A stretch of DNA of 64,000 nucleotides from a bacterium (GCA_965203325.1 OZ241875.1:3744001-3808000), one strand, 5' to 3'. Counted from the first letter of the stretch, positions 19,672 through 32,992 are shown. The notes: a model not told the origin generated them from the sequence alone. A program made the numbers and translations.

Positions 19672-19708
19672 TTCGCGCCGGGGCTGTTAAAAGCGGCCCC
19701 GGCGCGAA
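19672..19708 (+). terminator. Strong hairpin between binding-protein genes and permeases
   Basis: TTCGCGCCGGGGC / GCCCCGGCGCGAA, a perfect 13-bp stem with no U-tract. Confidence 0.6.
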
Positions 19709-19758
19709 GACGAAAGTATCCGGATTTTTTGTTTCGTATACCGAGGATATATTTTCTC

Positions 19759-20748
19759 ATGCAGGAAAGAGCGGAAATCCGTAGCAAATACTGGCTGGCG
19801 TTGTTTTTGGTGGCGGCGTACACGGTTCCCTTCGCCGTCGGTATTTATACGGATAACGTCTTTTTTGATCTTCAGTGGCTGGCGGACCTGACCACCGTCA
19901 TCCTGAACGGCATCATGCAGGGCGGCGTTTACGCCATGTTCGCCGTGGGCCTCACGCTCATCTTCGGCGTCATGCGCATCATCAACGTGGCGCACGGCGA
20001 GCTGGTGATGCTGGGCGCCTACCTGACCTGGATGTTCTTCTTCTATGTGGGAATCGACCCGCTCCTCGCCCTGTTCCTCACGCTCCCTATCGCTTTTATC
20101 ATCGGGCTCCTTATCCAGAAGCTGCTGCTGAACGCCGTGGTGGGTGGGCCGGAACTGACGCCCTTGCTGATAACTTTCGGTATGGGCCTCACGATCATCC
20201 ATATCGTGGAAGCCATCTTCACCACGGATTACCGCACCATCCCCTACGCGCCCGACGCGTTCCAACTCACCGAGACCATCGCGGTGAGCAGAAGCAAGAT
20301 CATCAGCTTCGCGATGGCCGCCTTCATCTCCATCAGCGTATTCGTTTTTCTTAAAATACATCGCATCGGCAAGGCGATACGCGCGACGGCGCAAAATGCG
20401 GACGTCGCCATGGTCTGCGGCATCAACATCTTCCATATCTATATGATTACCTCGGGGCTGGCCGCGGCGCTTGCGGTGGCGGGCGGCGCACTGGTGTCGA
20501 TTCAGTTCGGCTTCAACCCGGAAACGGGTGTCTTGTATACGTTGCAAGCCTTCGCCATCATCGTGCTCGGAGGCAGGGGCCACTATATCGGTGCGCTCAT
20601 CGGAGGGGTGATGCTCGCGGTCATCGAGAGCCTCATATCCTTCATGATCCCCAACGGCACCGCCATGGTGGAAATTGCGTCCTACGGGATGATGGTTTTC
20701 GTGCTGCTTATCAGGCCCCGCGGTCTGATGGGGCCGAAAGAAAACTAG
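19759..20748 (+). CDS. livH: Branched-chain amino acid ABC permease (LivH-like)
   Basis: GLTLIFGVMRIINVAHGE, GKAIRATAQN and IIVLGG motifs. Confidence 0.9.
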   Translation: MQERAEIRSKYWLALFLVAAYTVPFAVGIYTDNVFFDLQWLADLTTVILNGIMQGGVYAMFAVGLTLIFGVMRIINVAHGELVMLGAYLTWMFFFYVGIDPLLALFLTLPIAFIIGLLIQKLLLNAVVGGPELTPLLITFGMGLTIIHIVEAIFTTDYRTIPYAPDAFQLTETIAVSRSKIISFAMAAFISISVFVFLKIHRIGKAIRATAQNADVAMVCGINIFHIYMITSGLAAALAVAGGALVSIQFGFNPETGVLYTLQAFAIIVLGGRGHYIGALIGGVMLAVIESLISFMIPNGTAMVEIASYGMMVFVLLIRPRGLMGPKEN

Positions 20749-20759
20749 GAGAGATCTGA

Positions 20760-21698
20760 ATGGCCCAAAATGAACACCTCCGCAATTTCGGAATGCTGGC
20801 CATACTCATAATCGTACTGTGCGCGTTGCCCTCGAATATCAATCTGTATCAGCGCTCGGTGATTATGTTCACGATGATGTACGTCGTTCTCTCCTTGAGT
20901 TGGAACATCATCAGCGGCTATACGGGTTATGTGTCGTTCGGCCACGTGATGTTCTACGGCATCGGCGCCTACGCCACGGCCATTCTGGTCGTGGACTACG
21001 GCTGGCACTGGATACCGACTCTCTTCGTAGGCGTGTTCGTTTCCTTCGTGGTCTCGTTGATAATCGGGTTTCCGGTTTTGCGTCTCAAAGGCCCGTATTT
21101 CGCCATCGCCATGCTCGGCGCGGCAGAAGGCACGCGCGTGGTGGCCACGGTGTGGGAGGACCTCACCCACGGCGGCGAGGGAATCGGTCTGCCCAACATC
21201 GAAAACTCCTTTGAAACGTATTTCGCCATGCTGGTGGTCATGCTGGTCACCATTGTGGTGTCCTACTGGGTGGGGCATTCGAGGTTCGGGATCCGCCTGA
21301 ACGCCATACGCGAGGACGAAATTGCAGCCGAGAGCCTGGGCATCAACACCACGTTCTACAAGCTTTCCGCCTTCGCCCTTTCCGCCATTTTCCCGGCGGC
21401 GGCCGGCGGCATTCAGGCGTACAAGGTTCTCTACATAGACCCCGAAACCGAGTTCTTCATCCTTGTCACCATCTATATGAAGCTCTTCGCCATGTTCGGC
21501 GGCAAGGGAACGGTGATTGGCCCCATTCTGGGCACATTCGTCTTGTATATCGTTCAGGAAATTACCTGGGTGAAATTCCCCACGGCTCACCTCATCGCCT
21601 TCGGCGTCTTCATCGTCCTCGTGGCCCGTTTCATGCCGCGCGGATTGATGGGATACGCCATCGACAAGGGCTGGGCGCGCAAGGGAATGGTTCACTAA
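20760..21698 (+). CDS. livM: Branched-chain amino acid ABC permease (LivM-like)
   Basis: WNIISGYTGYVSFGH, LRLKGPYFAI and AIREDEIAA motifs. Confidence 0.9.
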   Translation: MAQNEHLRNFGMLAILIIVLCALPSNINLYQRSVIMFTMMYVVLSLSWNIISGYTGYVSFGHVMFYGIGAYATAILVVDYGWHWIPTLFVGVFVSFVVSLIIGFPVLRLKGPYFAIAMLGAAEGTRVVATVWEDLTHGGEGIGLPNIENSFETYFAMLVVMLVTIVVSYWVGHSRFGIRLNAIREDEIAAESLGINTTFYKLSAFALSAIFPAAAGGIQAYKVLYIDPETEFFILVTIYMKLFAMFGGKGTVIGPILGTFVLYIVQEITWVKFPTAHLIAFGVFIVLVARFMPRGLMGYAIDKGWARKGMVH

Positions 21699-21719
21699 GA
21701 AACGGAGCAGCGCAAGAAA

Positions 21720-22445
21720 ATGGCAGATGCGGAAATCGCCCTCGACATTCAGAACCTGAAGAAGTACTTCGGGGGCATCAAGGCGGTGGACGGATGCACC
21801 TTTCAGGTGCCCAAGGGCCAGATATCGGGCCTGATCGGACCGAACGGATCCGGCAAGACCACCACGTTCAACCTGCTCACGGGCGTTCTCGAGGCGGACA
21901 GCGGCGAGGTGTTTTACAACGGAGAGAATATCGTCGGCTTGAGGCCCTATGAAGTCTTCAACAGGGGTATCAGCCGCACCTTCCAGATTACCCGTATCTA
22001 CCGCGAGATGACGGTGTTCGAGAACATGCTCTCCGCTTCGAGCATGAAGATGCCCGTGCGCGAGGCGCGCGCGCGGGCGGAGCAGTTGATGGAGTTCGTC
22101 ACGCTCACGAAACTTCGCGGCGAATATGGCGGGAACCTCTCCTACGGACAGCAGAAGCTCCTCGAATTCGCGCGCGCCCTGATGACGGACCCCGATCTCA
22201 TCCTCCTCGATGAGCCGGCCGCCGGCGTCAACAGAACCCTGCTCAACAACCTGCTGGAACACATTCACCATCTACAGGAAGACCAGGGGAAGACGATTCT
22301 CATCGTCGAGCACGACATGAACGTCATCATGAACCACTGCGAAAAGGTGTTCGTGCTCGACTACGGTGTGAAAATCGCCGAGGGTCTGCCCGAAGATATC
22401 CAGACGAACGAAGACGTTATCGAAGCATATTTTGGACACAGATAA
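21720..22445 (+). CDS. livG: ABC ATPase (LivG-like)
   Basis: [28 protein letters not shown] and EHDM motifs. Confidence 0.92.
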   Translation: MADAEIALDIQNLKKYFGGIKAVDGCTFQVPKGQISGLIGPNGSGKTTTFNLLTGVLEADSGEVFYNGENIVGLRPYEVFNRGISRTFQITRIYREMTVFENMLSASSMKMPVREARARAEQLMEFVTLTKLRGEYGGNLSYGQQKLLEFARALMTDPDLILLDEPAAGVNRTLLNNLLEHIHHLQEDQGKTILIVEHDMNVIMNHCEKVFVLDYGVKIAEGLPEDIQTNEDVIEAYFGHR

Positions 22446-23159
22446 ATGGCGCTATTAGAACTCAAGGACATCAATGCGGGGTACGGCAGAATCCAGATAC
22501 TCCACGACGTGTCGCTCCACGTGAACAAGGACGAGGTGGTGGCCGTCATCGGGCCGAACGGCGCGGGAAAATCCACGACCTTCAAGATCATCATGGGCTT
22601 CATCAACTACCTCGGCGGCGAGATCGAGTTTGATAGCCAGAACATCGTGGGCTTTCGCCCCGACCAGATTCTTGGCCGGGGGCTGGGCTACGTGCCGCAG
22701 GGCCGCATCGTCTTCAACCAGATGACGGTGAAGGAAAATCTCGAGATGGGCGCCTACATCGAGCGCGATCAAAAGAAAATCGACGAGGCGATGGATTACG
22801 TCTTCACGCTCTTCCCGCGCCTCGGCGAACGGCAAAAGCAGTTGGGGGGCACGATGAGCGGCGGCGAGCAGCAGATGCTGGCCATGGGCCGCGCCCTGAT
22901 GACGAGGCCCAAGATGATCATGCTCGATGAGCCTTCCCTGGGCTTGAGTCCTCGTTTCGTAACGGAAGTGTTCGAGAAAATCGTGAGCCTCGCCAAGGAA
23001 GGGCTGACCATCATGCTCGTCGAGCAGAACGCCGCGCGCGCCCTGGAGATTTCAGACCGGGGCTACGTGCTCGAACTCGGCAGGAACCGCTATGAGGGCG
23101 GCGGACACGAACTCCTGAACAACCAGGAAGTCAAGATGATGTACCTGGGCGGCGGCTAA
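22446..23159 (+). CDS. livF: ABC ATPase (LivF-like)
   Basis: GPNGAGKST, MSGGEQQMLA, LDEPSLGL and VEQNA motifs. Confidence 0.92.
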   Translation: MALLELKDINAGYGRIQILHDVSLHVNKDEVVAVIGPNGAGKSTTFKIIMGFINYLGGEIEFDSQNIVGFRPDQILGRGLGYVPQGRIVFNQMTVKENLEMGAYIERDQKKIDEAMDYVFTLFPRLGERQKQLGGTMSGGEQQMLAMGRALMTRPKMIMLDEPSLGLSPRFVTEVFEKIVSLAKEGLTIMLVEQNAARALEISDRGYVLELGRNRYEGGGHELLNNQEVKMMYLGGG

Positions 23160-23327
23160 CAGGCAAACCCTTCTTTTCTTTTAGAAGTAGTAATCTCTCA
23201 GACCAAAAACCCCATATCCTCTGTGTGATGGTATCTTCTCGTTGCGCCCAAATTGCGTCCTTTATGCTAGGCTTGCGCTTCGACTCTATGCTATAAATGC
23301 TTGCTCCGCTCGGGAGGGTTTCGCGAC

Positions 23328-23978
23328 ATGATCCGCGTGAAGATTTGTGGAGTGACGACGGTCGAGGACGCGGAATTCGCCCTGGAAGCAGGCGCCGACG
23401 CCCTGGGGCTGAATTTCGTTCCGGGCACTCCCAGGTGCCTGGAGGTGGAGCAGGCGAGGGAGATCAGCGAAGCGCTCCCGCCATTCGGAACGCGAGTCGG
23501 CGTTTTCGTGAACGATTCTCCCGAGCGCGTGATGGAAATTGCGCGTCGCGTCGGGTTGGATGCGGCGCAGCTTCATGGCGATGAGACGCCGGAAGATTGT
23601 TGTTGGCTGATTGAACGGGGCTTGCGCGTCATTCGGGCCTTGCGGGTCAAGGGGCCCGAAACGATAGCGCAGATAGACGCTTTTCCCGGTTGCGCTATAT
23701 TGCTGGACGCCTACGTGAAGGGCGCGCTCGGGGGCACAGGCGAGACTTTCGATTGGGAATTGGCCCGGCAGGCGGCCGACGCGAGGCCCATCATCCTCTC
23801 GGGGGGTCTGAAGCCCGAAAATGTGGGCGAAGCCGTGAGGAGTGTCCAGCCCTACGGCGTGGATTCGAGCAGCGGAGTAGAGGGCGCCGTTTTGGGCCGA
23901 AAAGACCCCGGGCGGACCTTAAGTTTCATTCAAAACGCACGCGCGGCGATATCCGAATTTGAGGAAATGAGAAGATGA
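23328..23978 (+). CDS. trpF: Phosphoribosylanthranilate isomerase
   Basis: [20 protein letters not shown] and GVDSSSGVE motifs. Confidence 0.95.
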   Translation: MIRVKICGVTTVEDAEFALEAGADALGLNFVPGTPRCLEVEQAREISEALPPFGTRVGVFVNDSPERVMEIARRVGLDAAQLHGDETPEDCCWLIERGLRVIRALRVKGPETIAQIDAFPGCAILLDAYVKGALGGTGETFDWELARQAADARPIILSGGLKPENVGEAVRSVQPYGVDSSSGVEGAVLGRKDPGRTLSFIQNARAAISEFEEMRR

Positions 23979-25192
23979 GCGAATTGGTCTCCAGGGGAAG
24001 GTTCGGTCGATTCGGGGGGCGTTACGTCCCGGAAACCCTCATGCCCGCTCTCGAGGAACTGGAAGTTGCCTACGAGGAGGCCCGGGACGACCCGGCGTAC
24101 CACGAAGAACTCGCCGCGTATCTGAGGGAATTCGTGGGCAGGCCCACGCCGCTATACCTGGCCGAGCGACTTTCTGATGATCTGGGCGTGCTCAGGGTCT
24201 ATCTCAAGCGTGAGGACCTCTGCCATACGGGCGCTCACAAGATAAACAACACGCTCGCCCAGGTTCTTCTGGCCAGGAGGCTGGGAAAGACGCGCATCAT
24301 CGCGGAGACGGGAGCGGGCCAGCACGGGGTGGCCACCGCCACGGCGGCGGCGCTTTTTGGCCTCGATTGCGACGTCTATATGGGCGAGGAGGACATCGGC
24401 AGGCAGTCTCTCAACGTGTTCCGCATGCGCCTTCTGGGCGCGCGGGTGATTCCGGTCACCTCGGGCAGCAAGACCTTGAAGGACGCCACCAACGAAACGC
24501 TTCGCGACTGGACGGCTTCGGTGCGGACGACCCACTACATCATCGGCTCGGTCGTGGGGCCGCATCCGTTCCCGGAGATGATACGCGATTTCCAGTCCGT
24601 CATAGGCCGCGAGGCGCGCGCGCAGATTCTCGAGGCCGAAGGTCGTCTCCCCGACGCCTGCGTGGCCTGCGTGGGGGGCGGCAGCAATTCCATCGGCCTG
24701 TTCCACCCTTTCGTGGATGACGATGACGTCGAACTCATCGGCGTGGAAGCCGGGGGCCGGGGTCTGGACACCGAGGAGCACGGCGCGTCCCTGACCGCCG
24801 GCCGCGTGGGCGTTCTGCACGGCTGCGAGACGTTCCTGCTCTATGACGATGATGGCCAGATCATCCCGGCCCATTCGGTGTCCGCGGGTCTTGATTATCC
24901 CGGCGTAGGGCCCGAGCATTCGCATTTAAAGGATTCCGGACGCGCGCGCTACGTGACGGTCGAAGACCACGACGCGCTCAAGGCGTTTCAGAAGCTCTCC
25001 GTGCTGGAGGGCATCATTCCCGCGTTCGAGAGCGCCCACGCGATTTCCTATCTGGACCGCCTGGCCGAGGAGACGAGAGAGGCGGGCGAAATGAAGACCG
25101 TGGTGCTTTGCCTCTCCGGCCGGGGGGATAAGGACGTGCATCAGGCGGAGGGCCTTTTGACGGAAATGCTCGATGACGAGGACGTGCGCTGA
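23975..25192 (+). CDS. trpB: Tryptophan synthase beta chain
   Basis: [23 protein letters not shown] and [11 protein letters not shown] motifs. Confidence 0.98.
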   Translation: MSELVSRGRFGRFGGRYVPETLMPALEELEVAYEEARDDPAYHEELAAYLREFVGRPTPLYLAERLSDDLGVLRVYLKREDLCHTGAHKINNTLAQVLLARRLGKTRIIAETGAGQHGVATATAAALFGLDCDVYMGEEDIGRQSLNVFRMRLLGARVIPVTSGSKTLKDATNETLRDWTASVRTTHYIIGSVVGPHPFPEMIRDFQSVIGREARAQILEAEGRLPDACVACVGGGSNSIGLFHPFVDDDDVELIGVEAGGRGLDTEEHGASLTAGRVGVLHGCETFLLYDDDGQIIPAHSVSAGLDYPGVGPEHSHLKDSGRARYVTVEDHDALKAFQKLSVLEGIIPAFESAHAISYLDRLAEETREAGEMKTVVLCLSGRGDKDVHQAEGLLTEMLDDEDVR

Positions 25193-26010
25193 TGAGTCAT
25201 AGACTGGAAGCGTGTTTCGACTGTTTGCGCGCAGAGGGCCGGGCCGGTCTGTTCCCGTTTGTCACCGCGGGCGATCCGGACCTGGGCTTCACCCGCGAGT
25301 TGCTGCCTCTCATGACGGAGGCGGGAGCGGACGGGTTCGAAATCGGGGTTCCCTTCAGCGATCCCCTGGCGGACGGCCCCACCATCCAGCGATCGAGCAT
25401 GCGCTCGCTCACGGGGGGAACCCGCCTGAGCGGCGTCCTGGAAATGGTCGGAGAGGTCCGCGCGGATATACCCGATACGCCTTTGGTTCTGATGACGTAT
25501 TACAACCCCGTCATCGCCGTGGGTCTGGCGGAATTCGTGCGCGGCGCATCGCAGGTGGGGGCCGACGCCGTCATCGTGCCCGACCTGCCGCCCGAAGAAG
25601 CGGGTGCCCTTGTCGGGGTCATGAACGATTATCCGCTGGAGCCCGTCTTCATGCTCGCGCCCACGAGCACGCAGGAGCGCGTCGAGTTGGTGAACGACGT
25701 GGGTGGCGGTTTCATCTACTACGTCGGGCAGATGGGTGTCACCGGCGCGCGCGACGCCCTGGATTCGGATTTAGGCGCCACCCTGGCGAGGATCAACCGT
25801 GTGAAGAACCGGCCCGTCCTCGTGGGGTTCGGCATCAAGACGCCCGAGCAGGCCGCGGAGGTGGCCGGACACGCCGATGGGGTCATCGTGGGCAGCGCCC
25901 TGATAGACGTCATGGAGGCGGAAGCGTCGCGTGAGGAAAAGATGCGCGCGGCTTGCGATTACATCGCCTCTTTGCGGGAAGGTCTCGATCGTTCGAAGAC
26001 GGTTTCTTGA
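25192..26010 (+). CDS. trpA: Tryptophan synthase alpha chain
   Basis: EIGVPFSDPLADGPTIQ, LMTYYNP and DGVIVGSA motifs. Confidence 0.97.
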   Translation: MSHRLEACFDCLRAEGRAGLFPFVTAGDPDLGFTRELLPLMTEAGADGFEIGVPFSDPLADGPTIQRSSMRSLTGGTRLSGVLEMVGEVRADIPDTPLVLMTYYNPVIAVGLAEFVRGASQVGADAVIVPDLPPEEAGALVGVMNDYPLEPVFMLAPTSTQERVELVNDVGGGFIYYVGQMGVTGARDALDSDLGATLARINRVKNRPVLVGFGIKTPEQAAEVAGHADGVIVGSALIDVMEAEASREEKMRAACDYIASLREGLDRSKTVS

Positions 26011-26065
26011 CATTCAATTTCAACATGATGCGTAAGAATCTGTAGATTATTTCGAGGGTAATGCC

Positions 26066-27478
26066 ATGTCGAAAAACACGCTCTACGATAAGGTTTGGGA
26101 TTCCCACACCGTGGCCAAGCTGGATTCGGGCCAGGACCAGATATTCATCGGCTTGCATCTCATCCATGAGGTCACCACGCCCCAGGCGTTCGGGATGCTC
26201 AAGGAAATCGGGTCCGGCGTCGCTTTCCCCGACCGCACGATGGGGACCGTGGACCACATCATCCCCACGCTCAGCCAGATAAGGCCCTACGAGGACGAGC
26301 AGGCCGAGAAGATGATGGCCGCCCTGGAGCAGAACGTGAACGAGTTCGGCGTCCGCTTTCTGCATCTCGATACCGGCAAGCAGGGCATCGTCCACGTCAT
26401 CGGGCCGGAGTTGGGGCTCAGCCAGCCCGGCATGACCATCGCCTGCGGCGACAGCCACACGAGCACGCACGGCGCGATGGGCTCTCTGGGCTTCGGTATC
26501 GGCACGACCGAGGTGGGCCATGTTCTGGCGACGCAGACCCTGGCGCTGAACCGCCTGAGGGTGAAGCGAATCGAGGTCACGGGCGCTCTCGGCCCCGGCG
26601 TGACGCCCAAGGACGTGACTTTGCGCGTCATTCACGATCTGGGCATCAAGGGCGGCTTGGGTTTCGCCTATGAATACGGCGGCGACGTTTTCGACGCCAT
26701 GTCGATGGAAGGGCGCATGACGGTCTGCAACATGAGCATCGAGGGCGGCGCCCGCATCGGCTACGTGAATCCGGACGAGACGACGTTCGATTATCTGGAA
26801 GGCCGCGAGTTCAGCCCCGAGGGAGAAGCTTGGGAGCGGGGCGTGGCGTACTGGCGGGAGATCGCCTCGGGCGATGACGCGGAATATGACGACGTCTACG
26901 AGATTGCGGGCGAATCAATCGAACCGATGGTCACCTGGGGCATCAATCCGGGGCATTCGGTCGGGATTTCACAGCCGCTCCCCGAGGTGGGCAGCTTCGC
27001 GGGCGAGGACAGGAAGACGGCGGAACACGGCTATGACTTCATGGACTTAAGGCCGGGCGAGTCGATTCTGGGCACGAAGGTCGACGTCGCCTTCCTGGGT
27101 TCGTGCACGAATTCGAGAATTTCCGACTTGCGCGAGGGCGCGCGGTTGCTGAAGGGCAACAAGGTGCACCCCGGCGTCAGGATGCTGGTGGTTCCTGGCT
27201 CCCAGCAGGTGAAGCAGCAGGCCGAGGAAGAGGGCCTGCACGAAATTTTCAACGAAGCGGGCGCGGAGTGGCGCGAAGCGGGGTGCTCGATGTGTCTGGG
27301 CATGAACCCGGACAAGCTCGTGGGTGCGGAGAGAAGCATTTCCACCTCGAACCGCAATTTCATCGGGCGGCAGGGCAGCCCGCGCGGAAGAACCCACCTG
27401 GGCAGTCCGGCGGTCGTCGTCTCTTCGGCGATTGCGGGCTGCATCGCGGACCCCAGAGAGATGGGAGAACAAGCATGA
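26066..27478 (+). CDS. leuC: 3-isopropylmalate dehydratase large subunit
   Basis: [23 protein letters not shown] and STSNRNF motifs. Confidence 0.97.
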   Translation: MSKNTLYDKVWDSHTVAKLDSGQDQIFIGLHLIHEVTTPQAFGMLKEIGSGVAFPDRTMGTVDHIIPTLSQIRPYEDEQAEKMMAALEQNVNEFGVRFLHLDTGKQGIVHVIGPELGLSQPGMTIACGDSHTSTHGAMGSLGFGIGTTEVGHVLATQTLALNRLRVKRIEVTGALGPGVTPKDVTLRVIHDLGIKGGLGFAYEYGGDVFDAMSMEGRMTVCNMSIEGGARIGYVNPDETTFDYLEGREFSPEGEAWERGVAYWREIASGDDAEYDDVYEIAGESIEPMVTWGINPGHSVGISQPLPEVGSFAGEDRKTAEHGYDFMDLRPGESILGTKVDVAFLGSCTNSRISDLREGARLLKGNKVHPGVRMLVVPGSQQVKQQAEEEGLHEIFNEAGAEWREAGCSMCLGMNPDKLVGAERSISTSNRNFIGRQGSPRGRTHLGSPAVVVSSAIAGCIADPREMGEQA

Positions 27479-28083
27479 GCACGAAAAGAATCGAAAAAAT
27501 CGTGGGCAAGGCCATTCCCATGCCGCGCGACGACATCGATACCGACAGGATCACGCCGGCCCGCTTTCTCAAGTCCATCACCTTCGAGGGCATCGAGAAG
27601 GCCCTGTTTTGCGACGAGCGCGAGAACACGCCCGATCATCCCGTCGACAACCCCGCCCACAAGGGGGCGAACATGATGTTCGTGGGCAAGAACTTCGGTT
27701 CCGGCTCCTCGCGCGAGCACGCCCCCCAGGCGCTCAAGCGCTTCGGGGTCGACGTGCTCGTCGGGGTATCGTTCGCCGAGATTTTTGCGGGAAACTGCTT
27801 CGCCATCGGCGTGCCGCTCGGCGTCGCGTCGGCGGATGACGTGAATGAGCTGATCAAACAGGCGCAGGAAGAGCCGGAGACGCGCTTCACCGTGGACATC
27901 CGGAATGCGACGGTCGGCTACGGCGACCGCGTGATTCCCATCGACATCCAGGAGACGCGCAAGGCCGCCTTTTTGGCCGGCACGTGGGACATGCTCGCCA
28001 ATTTGCGGGCCAATCTGCCCCAGGTCGAGGAAGTGGCGCAGCGTCTGCCTTACGTCACGAATTTCGAGAGCGAAGCGGAATAA
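27475..28083 (+). CDS. leuD: 3-isopropylmalate dehydratase small subunit
   Basis: [25 protein letters not shown] and SFAEIFAGN motifs; ATGA overlap with leuC. Confidence 0.96.
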   Translation: MSTKRIEKIVGKAIPMPRDDIDTDRITPARFLKSITFEGIEKALFCDERENTPDHPVDNPAHKGANMMFVGKNFGSGSSREHAPQALKRFGVDVLVGVSFAEIFAGNCFAIGVPLGVASADDVNELIKQAQEEPETRFTVDIRNATVGYGDRVIPIDIQETRKAAFLAGTWDMLANLRANLPQVEEVAQRLPYVTNFESEAE

Positions 28084-28098
28084 AGAGAGGAGTTTTCA

Positions 28099-29187
28099 GT
28101 GAGCAGTTACCGGATAGCCGTATTGCCGGGCGACGGCATCGGCCAGGAAGTGACGGCGCAGGCACGCTCCGCACTTGAGGCGGCGGGCGCTCGCTTCGGC
28201 GCGGATTTCGAGTTCGAAGAAGGCCTTTGCGGCGGCGCGGCCTATGACGCGACGGGTGAACCCCTGCCCGAGGAAACCCTCGCCCTCTGCCGCCGGAGCG
28301 ACGCCGGTCTGTTCGGCGCCGTGGGGGGGCCGAAGTGGGATGAGCTGCCGCGCGACAAACGTCCCGAACAGGCCATCCTCGGTTTGCGGAAAGAGCTGAA
28401 CCTGTTCGCCAACCTGAGGCCCGCCGTCATGTTCGATCCGCTGGTGGAGGCCTCATCCCTCAAGCCCGAGGTAGTTCGCGGCCTGGACCTTCTCGTCGTG
28501 CGCGAGGGCGTGAGCGGCATATATTTCGGCCAGCCGAGGGGCATCGAGCGGCTCTCGGCGGATGAGGAAAAAGCGGTCGACACGATGACGTACACCACGG
28601 GCGAGATTCGCCAAATCGTTCGCCTCGCGTTCGAGTTGGCGTCCGTGCGGGGGAAAAAACTCTGCTCGGTGGACAAGGAGAACGTTCTCGATAACGGCCG
28701 CCTGTGGCGCAGGGTCGCCGGGGACGTCGCCGCGGAGTTCCCGGAAGTCGAAACCAGCCATATGTACGTCGACAACGCGGCGATGCAGTTGATTCGCGAC
28801 CCGCTGCAATTCGACGTCATCGTCACGGGCAACATGTTCGGCGACATCCTGAGCGACTGCGCCTCCATGCTCACGGGCTCCATCGGCATGCTCGCCTCGG
28901 CGAACGTGAACGAGACGGGCTTCGGCTTGTACGAGCCGGTGCACGGCACCGCACCCGACATCGCGGGCCAGGACAAGGCGAACCCGATTGCGGCCATCAT
29001 GTCGGCCGCCATGCTGTGCCGCTATTCGTTAAAGCGCGTGGACGTGGCCGAAGCCATCGAGGCGGCCGTGGCCGGGGCGCTCGATGAGGGCCTCAGAACG
29101 TCCGACATCCACACGCCGGGCGCCACGGCGGTGGGTTGCGCCGAGATGGGCGAGCGAATCGCCGCTCTCGCGGGCGGAGCCTCGTGA
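28099..29187 (+). CDS. leuB: 3-isopropylmalate dehydrogenase
   Basis: [24 protein letters not shown] and [12 protein letters not shown] motifs. Confidence 0.97.
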   Translation: MSSYRIAVLPGDGIGQEVTAQARSALEAAGARFGADFEFEEGLCGGAAYDATGEPLPEETLALCRRSDAGLFGAVGGPKWDELPRDKRPEQAILGLRKELNLFANLRPAVMFDPLVEASSLKPEVVRGLDLLVVREGVSGIYFGQPRGIERLSADEEKAVDTMTYTTGEIRQIVRLAFELASVRGKKLCSVDKENVLDNGRLWRRVAGDVAAEFPEVETSHMYVDNAAMQLIRDPLQFDVIVTGNMFGDILSDCASMLTGSIGMLASANVNETGFGLYEPVHGTAPDIAGQDKANPIAAIMSAAMLCRYSLKRVDVAEAIEAAVAGALDEGLRTSDIHTPGATAVGCAEMGERIAALAGGAS

Positions 29188-30197
29188 TGCGCGTCGCCGT
29201 CGCAGGCGCCACGGGCGCCGTGGGCCGGGAGATGCTCAGGATTCTGGAGGAGCGCAAGTTTCCCGCCGAAGAGGTCGATTTGCTGGCGAGCGAGCGCAGC
29301 GCGGGCCGGAAAATCCCGTTTCGGGACTCGGAGCTTACGGTGAGCCGGCTCACGCAGGATGCGTTCTGTGGCGTGGACCTGGCGCTTTTCTCCTGCGGCG
29401 CTTCGCGGTCCCTTGAGTTCGCGCCCGCCGCCGTCAAGGCGGGGGCGGTGGTGGTGGATAACTCCAGCGCTTTCCGCATGGATGAGGATGTTCCCCTCGT
29501 GGTGCCGGAGGTGAACCCGGATGCGATGGCCGCGCACCAGGGGATCATCGCGAACCCGAACTGCTCGACCATCCAACTCGTAGTCGCGCTCAAGCCCCTG
29601 CACGACGCCGCCCGCATCAGGCGAGTCGTGGTGAGCACCTATCAGGCGGTGAGCGGGGCGGGGCAGGCCGCGGTAGACGAGATGCAGGCGCAAGTCGAGG
29701 GCGACGCCTCGGCGCCTGAGAAAATGCCCCATGAGATCGCCTTCAACTGCCTGCCCCATATCGACGTATTTCTCGACGGCGGCCATACGAAAGAAGAGAA
29801 GAAGATGGTCGATGAGACGCGGAAGATCATGGGCGCGCCAAACCTGGCCGTCAGCGCAACCTGCGTGCGGGTACCCGTTTACAACGCGCATTCTGAATCG
29901 GTGAACGTGGAGTTCGAGGAGTCCGTTTCACCCGGGGAGGCGCGAGCGCTTCTGTCGCGTGCGCCGGGCGTGGAGGTGGTGGACGACGTGGAATCGTTCT
30001 CCTATCCCATGCCCAAGGACGCGGATGGAGAAGACCCGGTTTATGTCGGCCGCATCCGCCGCGATGACTCGAGGGAAAACACCCTCAACCTGTGGGTGGT
30101 GGCCGATAATTTGAGAAAAGGCGCCGCGCTGAACGCGGTGCAGATAGCCGAGGCGCTGATTGAGAAGGGAATGCTCCGGGCGGCCCCGGTGAAATGA
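29187..30197 (+). CDS. asd: Aspartate-semialdehyde dehydrogenase
   Basis: GATGAVG, DNSSAFRM, NPNCST and DNLRKGAALNAVQIAE motifs. Confidence 0.97.
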   Translation: MRVAVAGATGAVGREMLRILEERKFPAEEVDLLASERSAGRKIPFRDSELTVSRLTQDAFCGVDLALFSCGASRSLEFAPAAVKAGAVVVDNSSAFRMDEDVPLVVPEVNPDAMAAHQGIIANPNCSTIQLVVALKPLHDAARIRRVVVSTYQAVSGAGQAAVDEMQAQVEGDASAPEKMPHEIAFNCLPHIDVFLDGGHTKEEKKMVDETRKIMGAPNLAVSATCVRVPVYNAHSESVNVEFEESVSPGEARALLSRAPGVEVVDDVESFSYPMPKDADGEDPVYVGRIRRDDSRENTLNLWVVADNLRKGAALNAVQIAEALIEKGMLRAAPVK

Positions 30198-30217
30198 TGT
30201 CGAACGAGGTTATATAA

Positions 30218-31071
30218 ATGTCTGATGCGGATATCGGGGTCATCGGCGGCAGCGGCCTCTACGAGATGGCGGAGTTGGGCGAGGTGGAAGAACGCGCGCT
30301 CGATACGCCCTACGGCGCGCCCTCGGCCCCCTACGTCTTGGGGACGCTCTCCGGCAAGCGGGTCGCGTTTCTGCCCCGGCACGGACGCGGGCACGTATAT
30401 CTGCCGCATGAGATTCCCTTCCGCGCCAACATTCACGGATTCAAACAACTGGGCGTGGAGTGGCTCATATCCGTCAGCGCGGTGGGCAGCCTGAAAGAAA
30501 ACATCCATCCGGGCGACATCGTGATTCCCGACCAGTTCATCGACCTCACCAAGACGCGCATCGCCACGTTTTTCGGCGACGGCGTCGTCGCCCACGTTTC
30601 GATGGCGGACCCGGTATGCGGGGTTTTGAGCGGGATTCTGATGGGAGCGGCCCTCCGGGCGGGCGCGACGGCGCACGCGGGCGGCACGTACGTGTGCATG
30701 GAGGGTCCCCAGTTCAGCAGCCGGGCGGAGAGTTTTCGCTACCGCGCCTGGGGCGCTTCTGTCATCGGGATGACGAACATGCCCGAAGCGAAGCTCGCGC
30801 GCGAGGCGGAGATGAGCTACGCCACCATCGCGCTCGCGACCGATTATGACTGCTGGCACGAGGAGGAAGAGGCGGTGAGCGTGGAGGCCGTGATCGCCCA
30901 GGTGATGAGCAACGCGGCCCTCGCGCAGGAGATCATCAAAGAGGCGATACCTGAAATCGACGGCGATAGCCCCTTCGCAGGCTCTTTGGCGACGGCCCTC
31001 ATGACCGACCCGGCCCGTATGCCGGATGAGACGAAAGAGCGCCTGAGCCACCTGATTGGAAAATACATATC

Positions 31072-31075
<4 letters not shown>
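30218..31075 (+). CDS. mtnP: S-methyl-5'-thioadenosine phosphorylase
   Basis: [32 protein letters not shown] and TDYDCW motifs. Confidence 0.93.
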
Positions 31076-32355
<1,280 letters not shown>

Positions 32356-32390
32356 CCGATGAGGCTCGCGCGCCTCGGGGTCTGAGCGCG

Positions 32391-32714
32391 ATGCGAAAAG
32401 CAGGACGATCATCCACCAAGGGCCAATCCCCCAAAGCCAGATTCTTCTTCTGGATGTGCGCGGGCGTCATCGTTTTGCTGCTCGGCTCCGCCTTGCTGGG
32501 CCGGGACGGGTATCTCGCCGTCATCGTGAACAAAGAGCGCGTGTCCGAACTCCAAAAAGAGAACGCGGAAATCGAGGCGAAGAACAAGGAGTTGCGCGCG
32601 GAGATTCGCTCTTTGCGCTCCCATGAGCGCGCGATAGAGAAAATCGCGCGAGAAGACTTAGGGCTCGTGAAGAAAGGCGAAATCGTCTACGAGTTCATCC
32701 CCTCGAAAAAATGA
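32391..32714 (+). CDS. ftsB: Septum formation initiator (FtsB/DivIC)
   Basis: One TM helix, a coiled coil, and IEKIAREDLGLVKKGEIVY. Confidence 0.88.
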   Translation: MRKAGRSSTKGQSPKARFFFWMCAGVIVLLLGSALLGRDGYLAVIVNKERVSELQKENAEIEAKNKELRAEIRSLRSHERAIEKIAREDLGLVKKGEIVYEFIPSKK

Positions 32715-32779
32715 ATCGTGATTTTCGGTTCCTCGATCCCGGGGAGCCTCTTGGTAGTTCTCGAAGAACCTCTCTCTCC

Positions 32780-32808
32780 TTGACAGAACGCCCGTGCGGG
32801 AGTAGATA
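32780..32808 (+). promoter_or_regulatory. Sigma70-like promoter of the tRNA
   Basis: TTGACA-N17-TAGATA about 11 nt upstream of the tRNA. Confidence 0.5.
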
Positions 32809-32819
32809 ACACATATTGA

Positions 32820-32896
<77 letters not shown>

Positions 32897-32907
32897 AGCG
32901 AATAACG

Positions 32908-32931
32908 GCCGCGGGGTCTCCGCGGCTTTTT
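32908..32931 (+). terminator. Intrinsic terminator after the tRNA
   Basis: GCCGCGG-ggtct-CCGCGGC followed by TTTTT. Confidence 0.8.
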
Positions 32932-32992
32932 ACTTGCCGGTTACATACGCGAAGTCATAGAGACATCATTTTCAAAAGTGAAAGGAACGGGA

